Shown: in pieces, positions 60,245 to 64,000 of the stretch | Numbering within the stretch: position 1 is the first letter of the stretch | How the letters are laid out: every line of letters starts with the position of its first letter | NCBI GenBank assembly: GCA_902766105.1 | Contig: CACXCI010000072.1 | Span: 69 to 64,068 of the forward strand | DNA: 64,000 nucleotides | Direction: 5' to 3' | Source of the DNA: an uncultured bacterium | Lineage (GTDB): Bacteria; Cyanobacteriota; Vampirovibrionia; Gastranaerophilales; Gastranaerophilaceae | Made by a program: the position numbers and the translations under genes | Notes under the pieces: model-generated | The model's input: the letters and a program-made list of their open reading frames with translations, nothing else | The model's database searches: none | What the model was told of the DNA's origin: nothing

Positions 60245-60391
60245 GTATTACTATGGGTCAATCGTTCTGACAAAACCCAAGGGTGCCGAAATAGGGACTA
60301 TAAGCTAAAGATTGAGTTCTTTGGTAAGAAAATAAAATTATGCCTTATTTACCCCGAGGTTACGAAACCCGCAACGAAAGGAAGAAAAAAG
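60245..60391 (+). ncRNA. Structured 5' leader of rplU (possible L21-leader-type autoregulatory element)
   Basis: About 150 nt lie between the promoter and the ATG. Nested hairpin TGGGTCA-ATCGTTC-TGAC-AAA-ACCCA, and a second GGTAA...TTATTTACC pairing. Assignment to the known L21 leader family is unverified. Confidence 0.35.
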
Positions 60392-60748
60392 ATGTACGCA
60401 ATAGTCGAAACAGGCGGAAAACAGTATCAAGTCGAAGAAGGTCGTTACGTTGATGTTGAATTGCTTGATGCTGAAGCAGATTCAAAAGTAGTTTTTGACA
60501 AAATCGTTATGATAGTTAACGGTAAAAAATCTAAAGTCGGTCAACCTTATGTATCAGGCGCAAGTGCTGAAGGTAAAGTTGTTTTAAACGGTAAAGCAAA
60601 GAAAATTATCGTTTACAAGCAAAGACCTAAAAAAGGTTACAGAAAAAAACAAGGTCACAGACAAGGCTTCACAAGAGTAATGATTTCAAAAATCAGAACC
60701 TCAGCAGCTAAGAAAACAGCAGCCGCAGAAGAAACAACAGAAGCTTAA
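60392..60748 (+). CDS. rplU: 50S ribosomal protein L21
   Basis: [17 protein letters not shown]... with a GGAAG-type RBS. The tracked TTG start at 60236 is rejected. Confidence 0.93.
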   Translation: MYAIVETGGKQYQVEEGRYVDVELLDAEADSKVVFDKIVMIVNGKKSKVGQPYVSGASAEGKVVLNGKAKKIIVYKQRPKKGYRKKQGHRQGFTRVMISKIRTSAAKKTAAAEETTEA

Positions 60749-60779
60749 TTAACGTAAAAAAGAAAAAGGAGAAATAAAA

Positions 60780-61037
60780 ATGGCACATAAGAAAGGTATG
60801 GGATCTACCCGTAACGGTCGTGACTCCGAAGCTAAGCGTTTAGGCGTTAAAAAATTCGGTGGCGAAACTGTTAAAGCAGGTAATATCCTTGTTCGTCAAA
60901 GAGGAACAAAAATTCATCCTGGCAACAATGTAGGTATTGGTTCTGATGATACATTATTTGCATTGATTGACGGAACTGTAAAATTTGAACCGCACAGACG
61001 TGACAGAAAACAAGTCAGTGTTTATGCAGCTCAATAA
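60780..61037 (+). CDS. rpmA: 50S ribosomal protein L27
   Basis: [24 protein letters not shown]. No Prp-type N-terminal propeptide. Confidence 0.95.
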   Translation: MAHKKGMGSTRNGRDSEAKRLGVKKFGGETVKAGNILVRQRGTKIHPGNNVGIGSDDTLFALIDGTVKFEPHRRDRKQVSVYAAQ

Positions 61038-61059
61038 TTAAATAAAATTTAACAATTAA

Positions 61060-61094
61060 AAAGAGGTCTTGAAATATCAAGATCTCTTTTTTTC
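61060..61094 (+). terminator. Rho-independent terminator
   Basis: AGAGGTCTTGA-AATA-TCAAGATCTCT followed by T7. Confidence 0.75.
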
Positions 61095-61106
61095 GGGGTT
61101 GAAAAT

Positions 61107-61376
61107 TTATACTTCTAATAATTCTTCTGTTGCTCCTCCCATCAAAGGACCATTTATAACTAAATTTTCTTGTTTTGAGTTATATTCAAATTCAGGAACA
61201 TCAGAAAAATGTTTTTCCAGTGCTGCAATTTGCGGATTCTGAACAGTAACACCCATACCATAATCAGAACCGGAGCCGGTAATTATTGCCCCATTTGCCG
61301 CTTTATCAAATTTCGAGATATTGGTTAATAAAGTAGAAATAACTTTACTTACGTTGTTTTGACCTGTTACTTTCAT
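61107..61376 (-). CDS. Hypothetical protein
   Basis: 89-aa ORF. No recognisable motif. Confidence 0.4.
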   Translation of the reverse strand: MKVTGQNNVSKVISTLLTNISKFDKAANGAIITGSGSDYGMGVTVQNPQIAALEKHFSDVPEFEYNSKQENLVINGPLMGGATEELLEV

Positions 61377-61462
61377 AATCGCTCTCCATTATTACTCTCT
61401 ATAATTTAATAAAGTTTTTTGAAAAGTAATAATTTCAGAGTAACAACCTATTGTTACAAAAC

Positions 61463-61708
61463 TTAATCTAAAATTTCAAATAAAGACGAGGCTTGTTGAA
61501 TACTAACATTACCTGTAGGAATTTTAGTAACTTTAATCCGAACGATTCTATTTGCATATTCAATTTCTATGACATCATTTTCTTTAAGCTGCTTCGCAGG
61601 CTTTGCAGGGTTCCCGTTCACAAAAACTCTGCCCATTTCGGATACTTCGTTTGCAACAGTTCTTCGCTTTATAAGTCTTGAAACTTTTAAAAATTTATCT
61701 AATCTCAT
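61463..61708 (-). CDS. rqcP: S4-domain RNA-binding protein, RqcP/YabO-like
   Basis: MRLDKFLKVSRLIKRRTVANEV...VNGNPAKP is nearly identical in pattern to Bacillus YabO. Confidence 0.75.
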   Translation of the reverse strand: MRLDKFLKVSRLIKRRTVANEVSEMGRVFVNGNPAKPAKQLKENDVIEIEYANRIVRIKVTKIPTGNVSIQQASSLFEILD

Positions 61709-61787
61709 AATTTTCCTTTTCTGATATGTATTATACCATGCATAGATTTTGTGATATAATCAATAATAAGGGAGAATTAGTTTATTT

Positions 61788-62609
61788 ATGAAAAAGTTTT
61801 TATTAATTACATTTGCATTTATATTGCTTCTTGGGCAAAAAGTATACGCTGAAACAATCAAATTTGTTCAGATAACTGATGTCCACTTAACTGCGGATAA
61901 CGAATATTCCAAAAAGGTTCTTGATAGTGCCGTTAAGGATATCAATAATCAGCAAAATGTATCTTTTGTCGTTTTCACGGGAGATAATATTGATACAGCA
62001 ACAGAAACTAACCTCAAAGCCTTTCTATCAATTGCAAACAAACTAAATGTTCCATACTACATAGTTATAGGTAACCACGATGTGTATAAATCCGGCGGCT
62101 TATCAAAAGTTCGTTACTTTGAAATTATTCATCAGTACAAATGGTTATCTGCACAACGTAAACCTAATTATAAATTCACAAAAAATCATTTTAACTTCTT
62201 TATAGTTGACGGAGCAAAAGAAGTTATCCCGGGGCCCGGCGGATATTACAAAGAAAGCACTCTAAAATGGTTGGACAAACAGTTGAGCAAAAACTCAAAA
62301 AAACCTGCTATCATATTCCAGCATTTCCCGTTGGTATATCCTGAGAATTCTGAAAAACGTCTAAAAACGCACAAAACATATAAAGCTGAAGAATATTTAG
62401 AAATGTTAAATAGACATGATAATGTTTTAGCTGTTATATCCGGTCATTTTCATACAAATTCCGAAAATATGCAAAATGGAGTGTACCATATATCCAGTCC
62501 AAGTATGCACAACTTACCTCATTCATACAAAATCATTGATATTGTTACAACAAAAGAGTTTTCTCCTATTATTTATACTCAAGTCAGAGAATTTGAGGTT
62601 AAGGACTAG
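61788..62609 (+). CDS. Secreted calcineurin-like metallophosphoesterase
   Basis: Signal peptide MKKFLLITFAFILLLGQKVYA. Motifs DVHL, GDN, GNHD, GHFH. Confidence 0.8.
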   Translation: MKKFLLITFAFILLLGQKVYAETIKFVQITDVHLTADNEYSKKVLDSAVKDINNQQNVSFVVFTGDNIDTATETNLKAFLSIANKLNVPYYIVIGNHDVYKSGGLSKVRYFEIIHQYKWLSAQRKPNYKFTKNHFNFFIVDGAKEVIPGPGGYYKESTLKWLDKQLSKNSKKPAIIFQHFPLVYPENSEKRLKTHKTYKAEEYLEMLNRHDNVLAVISGHFHTNSENMQNGVYHISSPSMHNLPHSYKIIDIVTTKEFSPIIYTQVREFEVKD

Positions 62610-62952
62610 GTGTCGGCGGTGATGCCGGTGATTTCTTAAATATATTTTTTATTTTTCCGGTAATATTTTTACAAAACTGCCAGATGTTTTTCCTAAAAAT
62701 TATAGCAGTACCAAGTAAAACAGAGCCTGCAGCAATTTTTAAAATTGTTGGAAATCCGCTTTTTTTAGGTGGGGATGCATTTTTAACACCCTGATAGATG
62801 TCATATTGAATATCATTATAAACCTTATTTGCATTTGCATTTGTATATAAAACTCTGTTAGGTAAAGCATCAGAAGCCGTCAAAACACCGGCAACAGGTT
62901 TATCGCCATTGTGCATTCGCTGATTAATCGGATTTGCCACTTCTACTACCAT
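62599..62952 (-). CDS. Hypothetical C-terminally anchored protein with a Pro-rich tail
   Basis: TM segment ILKIAAGSVLLGTAIIF near the C-terminus, with tail SPASPPTPSP. Start set at MVVEVANP. The 3' end overlaps the convergent gene by 11 nt. Confidence 0.4.
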   Translation of the reverse strand: MVVEVANPINQRMHNGDKPVAGVLTASDALPNRVLYTNANANKVYNDIQYDIYQGVKNASPPKKSGFPTILKIAAGSVLLGTAIIFRKNIWQFCKNITGKIKNIFKKSPASPPTPSP

Positions 62953-63228
62953 ACATTTATAAAAACAAAAAGTTAAGTAAAATTGCCATATTATGTAAAT
63001 TATTATTACTGACACTTGATTTTGTGAATGTTTGTAATATGATATAAATATAGACCGCAGACAATTAGCGGGAAGTATTACAATTAAGCAGATTTAACTG
63101 ACTGTTTTTGAGTAAATACAACCCTTAATAAATCAGCTAATCGAGGTTTTACACCCGATGCGAAGGGGTGGTTTTATAAAATCACTAAAGCATCAAAAAG
63201 CCGAAATATAATTAAACGACTTATGTGT

Positions 63229-63266
63229 AAGATTTTGCGGTAAACTAAAAAAGCAAAATCTTTTTT
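63229..63266 (+). terminator. Terminator/attenuator hairpin inside the rplJ leader
   Basis: AAGATTTTGC-(14 nt)-GCAAAATCTT followed by TTTTTT, about 140 nt upstream of the rplJ ATG. Confidence 0.55.
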
Positions 63267-63354
63267 AGTTTAAACAGGTCGATACAAACTGAGGGCAAGA
63301 AGCCCTGATGACAAGATGGCAAGCATCTTTTAAGTTAAATAAAAAATTAAATAG

Positions 63355-63387
63355 CTTGACCTCTTGACCTCTTGACTTTCTTGACTT
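63355..63387 (+). repeat. 8-bp-phased CTTGACyT repeat (4 units) just upstream of the rplJ SD
   Basis: CTTGACCT CTTGACCT CTTGACTT (t) CTTGACTT, then CC-A8-GGAG. Confidence 0.75.
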
Positions 63388-63406
63388 CCAAAAAAAAGGA
63401 GCAAAA

Positions 63407-63928
63407 ATGGCAACAAAAGAATTTAAGTCCGAAAAAATTGATGCTATTAAAGCAAAAATCGAAAAAGCTCAGGTCGCAATTATAACAGAATACAAAGGTT
63501 TATCTGTTGAAGAAATCACAAAGCTAAGACGTGAAATTCAAAAAAGTGGCGGCGATTATATGGTTACAAAAAACACTTTGGCTAAAATCGCAATAAAAGG
63601 CACTGAATATGAAGCTTTGGCAGAAAAGTTAACAGGACCTATCGCTTTAGCATTCGGTTTTGAAGATCCTGTAAGCCCTGCAAAAGCCGTTTCTCAATTC
63701 ATTAAAGAAACAAAGAAATGCGAAATTATAGGTGCTGTATTAGATGGCAAATTATTAACTGACAAGGAAACAAAAGCCTTGGCAAATCTTCCGTCAAAAT
63801 CAGAACTTTATGCAAAAATGCTTGGATCTATCAATTCACCGGCATCAGGTATTGTTGGTTCTATCAATGCAGTTATGGCTCAACTTACAAGAGCTATGGC
63901 AGCTGTTAGAGATCAAAAAGCAGCATAG
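63407..63928 (+). CDS. rplJ: 50S ribosomal protein L10
   Basis: 173 aa. ITEYKGLSVEEITKLRREI..., AAGGAG RBS. rplL is expected beyond the window end. Confidence 0.93.
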   Translation: MATKEFKSEKIDAIKAKIEKAQVAIITEYKGLSVEEITKLRREIQKSGGDYMVTKNTLAKIAIKGTEYEALAEKLTGPIALAFGFEDPVSPAKAVSQFIKETKKCEIIGAVLDGKLLTDKETKALANLPSKSELYAKMLGSINSPASGIVGSINAVMAQLTRAMAAVRDQKAA

Positions 63929-64000
63929 GAATTTTATTCCAATATTCTAAAAGAATTTAAAATTCTGATAGAATAACAAACAACACAAGTTGATAATAAT

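Noticed and set aside
60236-60391. N-terminal 52 codons of the tracked rplU ORF (TTG start).
   Set aside because: L21 begins at the canonical [12 protein letters not shown], which has its own RBS. The upstream part is better explained as a transcribed, structured leader downstream of a TTGACA/TAATAAT promoter.
63151-63175. CACCC-GATGCGAAG-GGGTG hairpin followed by GTTTT in the region upstream of rplJ, as a possible small RNA or terminator.
   Set aside because: The stem is short with a weak T-tract, and no flanking promoter could be identified. It cannot be distinguished from leader secondary structure by eye.

Overview
Chromosomal window from an AT-rich (by eye roughly one-third GC) bacterium. 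It is mostly housekeeping genes on both strands, and I found no rRNA, tRNA or CRISPR. Lineage cannot be assigned without a database search.

Recognisable core genes:
- ilvC, a four-subunit 2-oxoacid:ferredoxin oxidoreductase, rsmH plus an FtsL-like gene, gltX, maf, ahcY, ychF, mnmG, mtaB and purA.
- The tail of the spc ribosomal operon (rpsE-rpmD-rplO-secY).
- A partial dcw cluster (murF-mraY-murD-ftsW-murG).
- rplU-rpmA, rqcP and rplJ.
- rpsU, which is too short for the ORF track and was read by hand.

Accessory or odd content:
- A decayed IS3-family element (3908..5304).
- A small island with two tandem Dam-superfamily m6A methyltransferases and no endonuclease.
- A membrane-anchored protein with a ribosomal L7/L12 C-terminal-like domain.
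- A 1764-aa acidic coiled-coil protein.
- A GAF/HD-GYP protein whose catalytic motifs are substituted.
- Two atypical GH13-like proteins, one with a very large insertion.
- Two apparently paralogous membrane proteins built from repeated 2-TM modules.

Non-coding and codon-level signals that the gene calls do not explain:
- Degenerate short repeats phased at 8 bp (CTTAnCGn and CTTGACyT) sit upstream of, or inside, ribosomal-protein and purA transcription units. One set forms an inverted pair.
- TGA is almost unused as a stop codon.

All functional calls come from motif and family recognition by eye. None was checked against a database.
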